64,000 nt of DNA, from the NCBI GenBank assembly GCA_963693365.1, contig CAVNZM010000008.1, positions 7,938,318 to 8,002,317 on the forward strand, in the 5' to 3' direction. Below, piece after piece: positions 38,000 to 50,807 of this stretch. The notes under the pieces are model-generated. The model was not told where the DNA came from and made no database searches. It was given only the letters and a program-made list of their open reading frames with translations. The stretch comes from Amoebidium appalachense. Lineage: Eukaryota; Protista; Ichthyosporea. The position numbers were made by a program, and so were the translations under genes. The first letter of the stretch is position 1. Each line of letters starts with the position of its first letter.

Positions 38000-38241
38000 G
38001 AGGGGGTTGTTCCATTTGGCACCACTTTTTTCCGTGGGAATCTCGTGAAGTGATTGACGGCTGTTTTAGATTCGAAGTATAATTGAATTCTCTTGATTTT
38101 ATATCACCTTTTAAATTTTGACCCAGGCTCAGATTGTTGGTTTAGGCGATGTTAGTGACCTTGTCAACCCGGAGAGTTTATGCAGTGTTTATTTTGTGCT
38201 TGGTAGAGTGACATCTGCACGTAGATACACAATCCATACAG

Positions 38242-38313
<72 letters not shown>

Positions 38314-38381
38314 CACGCACGAACACACGCACGCACACACACACACACACACACACGCGCACACACACACGCACGCACGCA

Positions 38382-38479
<98 letters not shown>

Positions 38480-38717
38480 CACACGCGCACGCCCGCGTAC
38501 ACACATACACACTGACACATGCACATGCACACTCACCGTGACGCGCTGCCGTGCCTTGTGCTGCGTCACATCATTGGTCACTATATTACGTGCACACACA
38601 CATTCTGCACATGCTTCACATGCACACAACACCACAGGACGTTAATATCCAAGAATGGGGCCTGGCTGACAGGGGGAGAGGGTGGGTGGGTGGGTGGGTG
38701 TTTTTTTTTTTTTTTTT

Positions 38718-38766
<49 letters not shown>

Positions 38767-39318
38767 AGCTCGCGCGGGGAGCTCGCGCAATACAAAGATG
38801 AATACTAATTTTCCTATTTTTCTGTTAGCTTTAGAATGTCGAAGAAATGCACACTGTCCTTTTATTGCAACCAAGAACGTCACGGTACAGTCAGCAGGTA
38901 CAGTCTGAGAGCAGATTTCTGCAAAAATGAAGACACGAAGGCATACACAAATGTCGCACAGATGCATATGCCCGCGATTATCCTATTTATTTACCATCCC
39001 CCCCCCCCCCCTTCTCCCCCACCACCTCCAAAAAGCCGTCGACGGGCCGATCGAGTGGCAAGACTGTCAAGACAATACGTCATCAGCCGACAGACTAAAT
39101 AAAAGTTAAGTCCGCCAGGGATGGAATGCGCGCTCTCGCGTATGATTGGCTTACCTAAACTACTTGCGCAATTCAGGCATGTTGAGGCTGAGAGTCAAGT
39201 CTTTGACTCTCTTACCCAAGTTTATTCACGTTCAAACTTTGCTGAGGTCGCTGTAGCCCCTAACACGTACTGACGTGTTGCCGCACGTGCGACGTTTTAA
39301 CATCTACTCAGGCGGCGT

Positions 39319-39356
<38 letters not shown>

Positions 39357-41050
39357 AGACACCGCCTCAGTAGGTGGTAGCTGTAGCCCTCACAGTTCAC
39401 GCAGTTCCCGGGCTTCATGTGCACCTGAAGGACAAAAGAGCATGTATACCACAACCCTGTACCGTTAATAATGCCTTAACCCCTCTCCATCGAAACTCCC
39501 TCTCTCCATTCGCTCCGGCACAAACACACACACAAACATGCATGTACACTCACACACCGCCGGACCCGCACGCGCGCACATACACATGTGAGACGCACAC
39601 ACAGACATGCACACACACACACACACACACACGTGCACACACACGCACACACACACCCACACACAAATATACACTCGGACACGCACGCACGCACGCAAGC
39701 ACGCACGTACGCTCGCACGCACGCGCATACATGTATGCTGTTGGACAAGACAAGACCGCGGTAGACGTACATGTCGCATATGGGGAAAGGCGTAGGAGGG
39801 CACTTTCTCACGCACGCATGATCACTCGAATACACACATACAAGTAGAGGTCGCTACACGTACTGCTCCCGTTTCATGTACCCATTCAATGGGCACATGC
39901 TCAAAGGCCTAGGGGTAAAAGAGCACCAGTCGTGGTTGCGCACAGGATACGAGCACACAGACATACGCATACCCAGACACACAAGCTCATGCACACACAC
40001 ACACACACTTAATTTCAGACACACAAGCTCATGCACACACACACACGTATAACCAGACTCGCAAGGTCATGCACACATGCACATACGTACATCCACACAC
40101 GCAGACCCGCACACACGCACAAACACATGCACACACACACGCCGCGGCGATTGCCCACACACGAATGCACGCCTAATTAGTCATGCGCGCTAGGCAACAC
40201 GAGCTCGAGTTGCGCATAAAATGAAGTAGTATATTTTTCATTTGCCACTACCGTAGTCGTCCATTAATATTAGTCGTCCTCGAAACGGTTAGTTTATAAC
40301 ATGGGCAGAGAGGTGGACTTTGAGAGATTTGGAGGATGTGTGTATGTACACGTCTTCATGTGTGAAAGTTTGGGTGGGTGGGTGGGTGGGTGGGGGGGGG
40401 GGGGGGGGGGGGTTGCTCAGTTTCTGCGTGAAAGGTAACGGTTGTATGTTCCACGGTGTAGTTGCATGCCGCGGCGTGTGTGTGTATGGGCGAGGGTGTG
40501 GAACTGCTGCTGTGTGTGTCTGTTTTCGGGAGCACGCGGGTGTATGAGTCTCGACGTTCTGTCGCACGCTTATCTAGCTTTACGGGGTGTGCTTAGGTTC
40601 TGTTGTGTAATATTGCGTGTACGTGAACGTGTACGTGCCTCTGTATGTATGTTGTGACGTGTTGCGGTGAGCGTGTGTGTCTGTGGGTGATGATGTTTGT
40701 GTGTGTATGCGCACACACGTTTGTGTGCGCAAGCCGCCGCCCACACAAAGGTATCTTCTCACACCTCGGGCAGATGTGTATGTGCACAACATGTGGCGTG
40801 TGCAAGTCTTGCGTGCACATATGCTACCTGCCGTGGGGGGTTAAGGCTGCAATAGACCATGTGCAAGTCTCGCGTGCATGTGCACTATTAGCTGCCGTGG
40901 GGGGTGGGCCCGGCCACCATACAGGAATCCAAGATCACAAGTACATACATACTCTCCGGCTATTGACTCTGACACGTATTGCGTATAGACGCGGTTACTT
41001 GAGGTTCGAATTCGGACCAGGTTTGAAGGGGGGGGGGGTGGGGGGGGGGG

Positions 41051-41717
41051 TTTGAATGTGTCAAAAAGTACGAAGTACACAAGAACAAACGGATAACACG
41101 ATTCAGAATGCAAGCCATATATAAAGAGTATGCATAATAAGCAGAGCCCATCCTCAGGGGGGGCCCACGTCAAACACAGTACCCGAGTTTCGACCTATTC
41201 ACCTCGTTAACGAAGCCCAACTCAGATACTGTTTCACTTGAACATGGGTAGGTCACCCGTCTTGATCAGAGACGAGCAGGGTTGCTTATGCAGGCAAGGG
41301 CAGTGGGAAAGGCCAAAAGTTAAAGTTGCAGCAGTAAGCAGAAGCAAGAAAAATATAGATAGGAACTCAGGAGACGGGGCTTCTAGGAAGCTCCCCCGTC
41401 GCTACCTAAGTCGATACTTCCCTGGCTAACATACTACACCAGCTGAAAAGAATTAAGGGGAGTCCCGAAGGCCGCAGAATTCGCAATCAGAGGGGAAAAT
41501 ATGAGATTTGACCCACGCCGCAGGGTAGTAACACGCTTACTAGGGCGTCTTCGAATGGATATGCCCCCGGACAGCCGGATCATATGTCAGCCGGAAACTT
41601 TGATGGTATCACCCATTGCTTTGGGCTTGAAAAAAGCCAAATCGATAGTCCGAGTTAGGTTACGCCGGCGGGTAAAATGCCGCATGGGTTCCAAGGGAGC
41701 TGTCGCCAACAGAGCGG
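41051..41717 (-). mobile_element. Longest family B copy: structured 3' region plus about 420 bp of unique upstream sequence
   Basis: (G)n-TTTGAATG end. Homologous to family A through GGGTTGCTTATGCA at about 41292, then continues as complex sequence with a weak degenerate C..ED....C pattern. The extent beyond 41295 is inferred. Confidence 0.65.
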
Positions 41718-41970
41718 TGTGTGCATGCGTGCGCGTAACGCAATGTGTGAAGTGTGTCTATAGCTATGAGAGGGGGTATGCAGAAGTGGACAGATGAAGT
41801 GTGTGGAGAGAAAAACAGTACTACTAGGAAGAAAAGTAGACACCGGTGTGTGCAACCCCGCACAACATACACACTACACACACACATAAATAAGCGAAGA
41901 TTACAGGTAATCAACCAGAACAACAAATGACAAGCAAAACAAGCAAAACAACAGGCGCCCCCCCCCCCCA

Positions 41971-42068
<98 letters not shown>

Positions 42069-42413
42069 GGGGGGGGGGGGGGGGGGGGGGGAGGGGGGGG
42101 GGAGGGGGAGGGGGGAGGGGGGAGGGGGGTCTTAGGGATGCTGCAGAATCGTCAGATATTAGATAAACCGTACCAATACGATCATTCTCTCATATATGGG
42201 AGAAGATTGTGACTAACGATGTGCAGAGCTGGTTAAGACCTGTTGAGTGTGCAGAGAAAATGGGAGGAGAAGGAGGAGGGGAAGGGGGGGGGGGGGGGGG
42301 GGGGGGGGGGGAGGGGGGAGGAGTAAGAGAGGGGAGGGGGGGAAGCGGGGGGAAAGAAGGTAGGAGGGGAAGGGGGGGGGGGGGGGGGGGGGGAGAGTAG
42401 GCCGGGGAAGGGC

Positions 42414-42446
<33 letters not shown>

Positions 42447-42678
42447 AGGGAGAGAGAGGGAGAGGGAGAGGGAGAGAGAGAGAGGGGGAGGGGGGGGGGG
42501 GGAGAGGTGTAGGGGCTGGTAAAAAGGAGGGAGGGGGGGGGGGGGGGGGGGGAGGAAGGCAAGTGTACCTATCATGTGCACAAAGTGGTTTCATTCTTAC
42601 GTGTGTTGAGAAGCCGCGAGAGGGGAGCAGGGGGGGAATAAGGTTTGGAGCCTATGACTTTCAGGCCAGCGCAGGAAC

Positions 42679-42717
42679 CACGGCCATCTAGAAACACAGT
42701 GTTTCTAGATGGCCGTG
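42679..42717. mobile_element. 39-bp fold-back micro-MITE with 9-bp target duplication
   Basis: Perfect palindrome CACGGCCATCTAGAAACAC-A-GTGTTTCTAGATGGCCGTG, flanked by CGCAGGAAC on both sides. Confidence 0.75.
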
Positions 42718-45368
42718 CGCAGGAACTTATTTGACGTGACTTCAACACAAGGGAAGCCCAGCATCCACTGGCTTTCACAAAAGGCCTTGGTATCGTTTTC
42801 AGTTATATTCACGATTACACGTTTTTTTTTTTTGAGCCATGGTCCAGCCACGAACCCAGAAACGAGGGTCCCTGCGCACAAAATCTTACATTTCATTCCT
42901 ATAGCTTACACAAAAAGGTTGTCCTGTCGAATACCAGAACACGCGCGATAAAAAGTTAGTCTAACATCTTCAGTTGCCGCAAGGCCACATTTACCATGTA
43001 CAAGGAACTTTCGACAGTGTTTCTGTTCGTATCCAGATCTAGGCCCAGTAAGTACTTACGAGTCATTCATTCCTTACAACATGAACACAACCCTCCCCTC
43101 AGGATACTCGACGACCCTACAAATAGGAGGACGTTTAGGGGTCATTAGCTCTTAGTTCACGAACCAAAAAAGAAAACGGACAGTAGAATCGTGAGGTTAA
43201 GATGTTGAAGTCGACCAGTGCTAGTAAAGCACCGTCACATCTGCCCTTCAGCGTTTTGCCACCTCTGAAAGACCTGCAGAGGACCAAAATAAGATTAGTC
43301 GTGATGTTAAACCGGATAAAACTAACGTGCCCGGCAGCTCATATCATATCCGTCATCCTAGCCACGGAAAATGACACAAGCAACAGGAAGAATAGAGCGT
43401 GAATACAGTCTGTCCGTATGCCTGTCTAGCTAACATAGTTATATAGCACGGAGGCTCCAAACGAGAAAGACGAACTGAACTAAGAGTTACATCAGCACCA
43501 AACAAACACGTCAAGAACCTCAAGAACCTCGTTTGTTACTTGCACGAGAGCCAAAACCCACTACTCTCGCTCTTTCTCTCTGCATGGCCATTGCAGCAAG
43601 ACGTCCTTCTCCCTATCCCCACCACACACAACACACACACACGCCCCTTCTTACTAATCATAGTGTACTCCTAAAGCTGCATGTACATCCAACCATTCAC
43701 AAATATATCCCGACTTCGCACACACCGTGTCTCCTCCCCCCCCCCCCCCCCAAAAAAAAAAAAGAAAGAAGAAACACACACCAATCCACCCAACCCCACT
43801 CCCATCCACACTACCACCACCACTAGCAGGGGGAAAAAAAGGAAGACAAGAACAGAACCACCGTACACACCTGCTCTTGGCCGCACTTTGAGTGGGTAGC
43901 AGTGTTCCGTGCCGTCTGGTGTCCGGCCCGAAACCCACAACTCAACAGAGCTTCTCGGAACGCTGTCGGCAGATCGCCATTCGGTTAGGTAGAAGTGGTT
44001 AAAAAGCGCGCACAGTACTCGGAAGCCCGCTGGAAAAGCCATGTTTAACCTTCGAGCAACTCTCAAAAGGGTGACGTGGTGTAGGGCCAGTAGTGGTTGG
44101 TTGTGATAAGTACAAGGTGCCTCTTTACGATTCTGCCTGACAACGAGAATTCAGGCTCAGCTGGTGTGGCAAGAATAACAAAAGTTTACTTTGAGGCTGG
44201 ATCTTCTAAGATCTAAGTTTCCACAGCAGTGGGCTTGCAAAGCTCGAGATCAGAATGTCGTCGCCGTACCGTTCCGTGGATACCTTCTCTGCTTCCTTTG
44301 TAACTTCTCGTTCAGATCTGGACAAACGGACAAACACCCAGTCCTACCTAGCACATCAGGATGTGAAGTGTAACTCAGAATTTCGTAAAGCGTCAAAACC
44401 TATTCAACATTCAGTGACAAGATATCGTTGACAAAAAAAATGTGTCGAAACTGGCTTGCTGGAAAACCGCCATCGCTTTTTATAGCCGACGCATGGCACG
44501 ACTGAATCATGACCGGTGTGCGGCGGAAGGGAGTAAAAGCGCGCGAATCTGCGTAGTGCTCAAAACTTTATAACCCTAATATAAAGAGCGCATATTTAAA
44601 ATTTTATAGAAAAAATTAGTATTGGCGTAAATTTTATTGCTTTTTTGTTCTTATACAAGCAAAAACGGAGTATTTCCTGACTCATATTCGAGGCTGCGTT
44701 GTTGTCTGCTGTCAGCCTCACAGTCACCACGCACGCCTGCGCATCGTGCAGGTTCTGAAAGATTTGCCACCCTCAGGCGTGCAAGTCGAACGCGTAGCCA
44801 ATCAGGCAGAGGCGCAGATTGGCGCAGCGCCGCGCAGCCCGGCGCGACCGCGTGCATATGCACATGCAGCTCGAACGGTCATGATCATCTGACGTTTTCT
44901 ATCTGGTATGTTTTGTTTTGCCAGTGAGTAATCAGCATCAGTATTTACCAAATAGTCCTCTCGCTTTGGTTAGTACATAGTACTCGTAATATCATACCAT
45001 TTCACAACTCGAACCATGCATACGAGTATATGTTCTACAGTAAAATGATCCCCCGAAACTTTGGTTTTGGGGCGTATCGTATCCCAATGACCCTTTTGTT
45101 TTTTATCGTTTTGATATTACACGTACCATAAACTAATGACTCTATCATAGAACCTCAGCAAACTAGAATCTTTTACATTGTATGAGTTTTGTAGGGCGAT
45201 TTCGAATTGGGATGGCCAGTGGAATTCCGAGGCCCTAGACTTCAAATTTCTTTTCTGTGTGTCCTGCCACAACTAGGCCACCTTATCAGAGAGCTAGATG
45301 CAGTTTCTCCGGGTTATCTAGGGGCCGGGCCCGTTGGGATTGTTTTTTAGCTCAGATTTGGTCTGCAT

Positions 45369-45401
45369 CACGGCCATCTAGAAACACCCTAGATGGCCGT
45401 G
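45369..45401. mobile_element. 33-bp micro-MITE with the same TIR and an 8-bp target duplication
   Basis: CACGGCCATCTAG...CTAGATGGCCGTG flanked by GTCTGCAT on both sides. Confidence 0.75.
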
Positions 45402-46123
45402 GTCTGCATTGCTCTTTTAGAGGCTGACTTGCTTGCTGTGCCTCGGTAGGTTTTGAGGGGGGCCTGTTGGGAAGGAGCAGTAATGATGTCTTCTTGCGTC
45501 CGGGAATGTGGTCTGTCGGAGTCAACATCGATCGATGCATATTTATATAACTAGTTGGAGCAAACTAGTTTCACGCATACACGTACACTTAAGGTTTTGC
45601 CCGCTGGTGTCCTTTGTCACTTGTCGCTTTATTTTTATTTCGTAGCCTTGGCTTTTTCAGTTATATTGGTGGTTATGTAGTCTGTGACAGGCTGCTCGTT
45701 GCCCTCATTATAACGGATCAATAAACCCGAGTCAAAAGAAAAAAAAAATTCTTTGGATGCGATGGAGGTTCTATGGGGGGACTCATCAAGAAGCCAGGCG
45801 GCCCAGGCCACATGCATCATGTTTTGGAGGACCAAGATTAGATGTCCATAAGCCAATCGGAATTGACGATGGGATAAAATTTGCTTCATTCTGATTGGTT
45901 GTCACACCACGGGGTTTCCCGATTGTTCTTCGAATGACATTTTCTATCACTATCAGACAGTTCTCCAATATTAGAACAGAAAACGGTCTCTACCCAGATG
46001 GCCAGATGGCCAGGTCAAATTCAGTGTGTGAAAAAAGTGGATAAAACGGGATAAAACGGGAGCCAAAACGATCTGGCCATCTGGCCATGTGGCCATGGAA
46101 TCTCTATATCTAAAAATAGCTGC

Positions 46124-46480
46124 CACTGCGCCGGGGCGTGGTTCCGGGAGGCAGGGGGACAGGGGGCAGGGGAGGCACGTGAGCACTCACTGGCACTGCG
46201 CCGGGGCGTGGTTCCGGGAGGCAGGGGAGGCACGTGAGCACTCACTGGCACTGCGCCGGGGCGTGGTTCCGGGAGGCAGGGGAGGCACGTGAGCACTCAC
46301 TGGCACTGCGCCGGGGCCTGGTTCCGGGAGGCAGGGGCAGGGGGGCAGGGGAGCAGGGGAGCAGGGGAGACTGGGGAGCCACTCACGGCGTGGATAAATG
46401 TTGTGTATGCATATGGCCATGGTCACGTGTACTAAGAGACTCCACTGGGGGCGTGGTTCCGGGAGGCAGGGGGGGGGGGG
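46124..46480. repeat. GC-rich tandem repeat, 55-bp unit, about 4 copies plus a partial copy
   Basis: Unit CACTGCGCCGGGGCGTGGTTCCGGGAGGCAGGGGAGGCACGTGAGCACTCACTGG starts at 46124, 46194, 46249 and 46304. Confidence 0.9.
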
Positions 46481-46560
46481 GGGGGGAGGGGGGGGGCAGG
46501 GGGGGCACACGTGCAGGAGGCAGGGGGGGGGGGGATAAATGTTGTGTGTGCATATGTATG

Positions 46561-47470
46561 TTGGTGCCAAGAGGCAGCGCCCTACACGTGTGGTGTCTAA
46601 ACAGCCTATAGGCATGCTCCGTGTGCAGGCACCAATTTCTACCCTCTTCTGGTTGGTGCCAAGAGGCAGCGCCCTACACGTGTGGTGTCTAAACAGCCTA
46701 TAGGCATGCTCCGTGTGCAGGCACCAATTTCTACCCTCTTCTGGTTGGTGCCAAGAGGCAGCGCCCTACACGTGTGGTGTCTAAACAGCCTATAGGCATG
46801 CTCCGTGTGCAGGCACCAATTTCTACCCTCTTCTGGTTGGTGCCAAGAGGCAGCGCCCTACACGTGTGGTGTCTAAACAGCCTATAGGCATGCTCTGTGT
46901 GCAGGCACCAATTTCTACCCTCTTCTGGTTGGTGCCAAGAGGCAGCGCCCTACACGTGTGGTGTCTAAACAGCCTATAGGCATGCTCCGTGTGCAGGCAC
47001 CAATTTCTACCCTCTTCTGGTTGGTGCCAAGAGGCAGCGCCCTACACGTGTGGTGTCTAAACAGCCTATAGGCATGCTCTGTGTGCAGGCACCAATTTCT
47101 ACCCTCTTCTGGTTGGTGCCAAGAGGCAGCGCCCTACACGTGTGGTGTCTAAACAGCCTATAGGCAGGCATGCTCCGTGTGCAGGCACCAATTTCTACCC
47201 TCTTCTGGTTGGTGCCAAGAGGCAGCGCCCTACACGTGTGGTGTCTAAACAGCCTATAGGCATGCTCCGTGTGCAGGCACCAATTTCTACCCTCTTCTGG
47301 TTGGTGCCAAGAGGCAGCGCCCTACACGTGTGGTGTCTAAACAGCCTATAGGCATGCTCCGTGTGCAGGCACCAATTTCTACCCTCTTCTGGTTGGTGCC
47401 AAGAGGCAGCGCCCTACACGTGTGGTGTCTAAACAGCCTATAGGCATGCTCCGTGTGCAGGCACCAATTT
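46561..47470. repeat. 92-bp tandem array, 10 near-identical copies (last one partial)
   Basis: Units start at 46561, 46653, 46745 and so on to 47393. One unit carries a 4-bp insertion. Confidence 0.95.
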
Positions 47471-47763
47471 GTTGTGCCTTCCTTTTTTGGTTAGATCTAT
47501 ACCCGGCCAATGGTTAGCAGCCACGGGTTTGCTTTCATCAAGCTTAGACGTGATACTTTGCCAATCATCAAGGCTGTTTGAGTGACAATGACCGTTGATT
47601 GGACAGATCTATCCCATTGAACCTTGGCACCATTGCTGTAAGCTGCTTTGTACCGTGGCATATAAAAGCAGCACACACGGTCACATTCACTCAATTCAAC
47701 ACTGACACTCAATAGTAAAAGGCGACACACAACAAACTTGTTTTTCAAACACTCACACGAAAC

Positions 47764-48896
47764 ATGGATTCTTGGAAAGAGGAGCTTCAACAGCTGCAGA
47801 AGCGCGTTGATTTTCTGTACACGGACCATTCGTCCCGCTTAACGGCCCTGCACACCGACCTCATCAGCCTCCGCAGTCAAGTGACCAATGAGAATGCTGC
47901 ACGTACGCCCCGACCCCTCTGATGTAGAGGCACGACTGAGGGCAGCCGAAGACCAGATCAAGACCCTGCAGGCCGAGCTTGCCAGCCTGCAACGGGCAGT
48001 AGCACCCCGCCGGGATGGCCAGGTGGCCTATGAAAACTACATTTTCAGTGGCCCTCGCAAGACTACCCCTGTCGCCATGACCACCACTCTGACTGCCCCC
48101 CCCCCCTGCCGGCAAGACCACCACTGTGACTGCCCCCCCCCCTGCCACCAAGACCGCCCCTGTGACTGCCCCCACCCCTGCCACCAAGACCGCCCCTGTG
48201 ACTGCCCCCACCCCTGCCGCAAAGACCGCCCCTGTGACTGCCCCCACCCCTGCCGCAAAGACCGCCCCTGCCAAGGCCACCCCTACCACCAAGACCACTC
48301 CTGCCAAGACCACCCCTGCCACCAAGACCACTCCTGCCAAGACCACCCCTGCCGCTAAGACCACTCCTGCCAAGACCACCCCTGCCGCTAAGCCCAGGCC
48401 CCAGCACACCAAGACACCTGAGACTTCGATGGACCTCGATGCACAGCTAACTAGTGTGAGGGGGGAGCTCCAGAATGCTCGAGAGCGTGTCAAAGAGGCA
48501 AAGGCGGCTGAAGATGAAATAGCGGAGGGCCTGGCCCTTGCTGCTGTGTGTGCAGCCCAAAACACCATAAAAAGCATCCGAAGGAGGATTCTGCGACGGG
48601 AGAAGAACTTGAAGGCATACACAGGTGGTAATGAGTCTGTCTCCTCACCTGCCTCACCCGCCAAACGCGTCCATGATCAATGTGATTGGGACTCAGATGA
48701 AGCATTCAACCCCAAGCGGCTCAAACGACGGGCAAATCAGGTACTCGATGATATGACAGATGACGAATCTGCGTCTGATTGTGAGTCGGTCTTGTATGAC
48801 CGCAAACCTGAACCCAAACATAAACAAACTGAAGAAATTCCCCTCATTGATCTTGACGAGGAAGAGTTTGACCAGTATGAGCATGAGATGGACTGA
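47764..48896 (+). CDS. Coiled-coil + Thr/Ala/Pro/Lys-repeat + acidic-tail protein (frameshifted)
   Basis: TATAAAAG at 47661 and ATG at 47764. The reading continues through ORFs 47888 and 48126-48896, with frame changes near 47890 and in the C-runs at about 48100-48140. Confidence 0.6.
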
Positions 48897-49299
48897 TTTG
48901 ATTGGTCGACTAAGTGGCATTCTCTTTTGATTTGTATTTGAATTGATCGGTCTTGATTTAATTTGTTTCTTTTCTCTTTTAGTTTGTATTTGAATATACT
49001 CGGTCCAAATTGATTTGTTCTTTGTAATCTGACTAGACTATCATGTACGTACTTACTCTTTTTCTATACAATCACATGTGTTCATATTAAAGGATTCTGT
49101 GTACGTGGACCACGGAAACATACACCATTTTTTGCAGTGCTTCATGCTATAAAATAACCATGAGAGACACAAACAAATACATTAAGTGTGTACACGTCTA
49201 CCCATAGGCCCAAGTGTTGACATGTCTGCCCACAGTTCCCTAAGGCTTAAAGCACACATCTGCCTGTATGCCATAAACTTTACTTTCACCACAAGGCAC

Positions 49300-50582
49300 C
49301 CACCTAAGTACACGTCTGCACAGCCCCACCCTAAGTACACGTCTGCACCACCCTAAGTACACGTCTGCACCACCCTAAGTACACGTCTGCACCACCCTAA
49401 GTACACGTCTGCACCACCCTAAGTACACGTCTGCACCACCCCAAGTACACGTCTGCACCACCCTAAGTACAATATGCACAGCCCCACCCCAAGTACACGT
49501 CTGCACCACCCTAAGTACACGTCTGCACCACCCTAAGTACACTCTGCACAGCCCTAAGTACACGTCTGCACCACCCTAAGTACACTCTGCACCACCCTAA
49601 GTACACGTCTGCACCACCCTAAGTACACTCTGCACCACCCTAAGTACACTCTGCACAGCCCTAAGTACACGTCTGCACCACCCTAAGTACACGTCTGCAC
49701 CACCCTAAGTACACTCTGCACCACCCTAAGTACAATATGCACAGCCCCACCCCAAGTACACGTCTGCACCACCCTAAGTACACGTCTGCACCACCCTAAG
49801 TACACGTCTGCACCACCCTAAGTACAATATGCACAGCCCCACCCCAAGTACACGTCTGCACCACCCTAAGTACACGTCTGCACCACCCTAAGTACACTCT
49901 GCACAGCCCTATTAGTAAGTACACGTCTGCACCACCCTAAGTACACTCTGCACCACCCTAAGTACACGTCTGCACCACCCTAAGTACACTCTGCACCACC
50001 CTAAGTACACTCTGCACAGCCCTAAGTACACGTCTGCACCACCCTAAGTACAATATGCACAGCCCCACCCCAAGTACACGTCTGCACCACCCTAAGTACA
50101 CGTCTGCACCACCCTAAGTACACGTCTGCACCACCCTAAGTACAATATGCACAGCCCCACCCCAAGTACACGTCTGCACCACCCTAAGTACACGTCTGCA
50201 CCACCCTAAGTACACTCTGCACAGCCCTAAGTACACGTCTGCACCACCCTAAGTACACTCTGCACCACCCTAAGTACACGTCTGCACCACCCTAAGTACA
50301 CTCTGCACCACCCTAAGTACACTCTGCACCACCCTAAGTACACGTCTGCACCACCCTAAGTACACGTCTGCACCACCCTAAGTACACGTCTGCACCACCC
50401 TAAGTACAATATGCACAGCCCCACCCCAAGTACACGTCTGCACCACCCTAAGTACAATATGCACAGCCCCACCCCAAGTACACGTCTGCACCACCCTAAG
50501 TACACCGGCACCACCCTAAGTACAGGCACCACCCTAAGTACAGGCACCACCCTAAGTACACGTTGCACAGCCCCACCTAAGT
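49300..50582. repeat. Minisatellite array with a 22-bp core (CTAAGTACACGTCTGCACCACC) and length variants
   Basis: Period 22 measured at 49331, 49353 and 49375. Variant units CTAAGTACACTCTGCACCACC and CTAAGTACAATATGCACAGCCCCACC recur in higher-order blocks. Confidence 0.95.
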
Positions 50583-50807
50583 AGACATCGAAGGCTCAGC
50601 CTGACAGCGTGGCTGCATTTCAAAAATACACACACTAGAATAGCCTGAGGCTTAGCCTACTCATAGCGGCCCCTTTTTTCACCGTGTCCAGGCCAGTTGA
50701 TATCTTCGTCTAGCTCGGCCCCGTTGTTCCTTTTTCCCTCTTGGACTCGGAAGACGAATACTCCTCAGAAGACGACTCCTCCTCATGTTCTGACCGCCGT
50801 CCCCGTG

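Noticed and set aside
44089-44094. AGTAGT as a Polinton terminus
   Set aside because: It is only a hexamer, and no partner TIR or TSD can be checked in this window.
45786-45968. IRRTIGKPR resembling the helicase tail IRKILGKPK
   Set aside because: The match is too short and the surrounding sequence does not align convincingly.
46561-50582. CRISPR-like arrays
   Set aside because: The units are contiguous with no unique spacers and there are no cas-like ORFs; these are tandem repeats.
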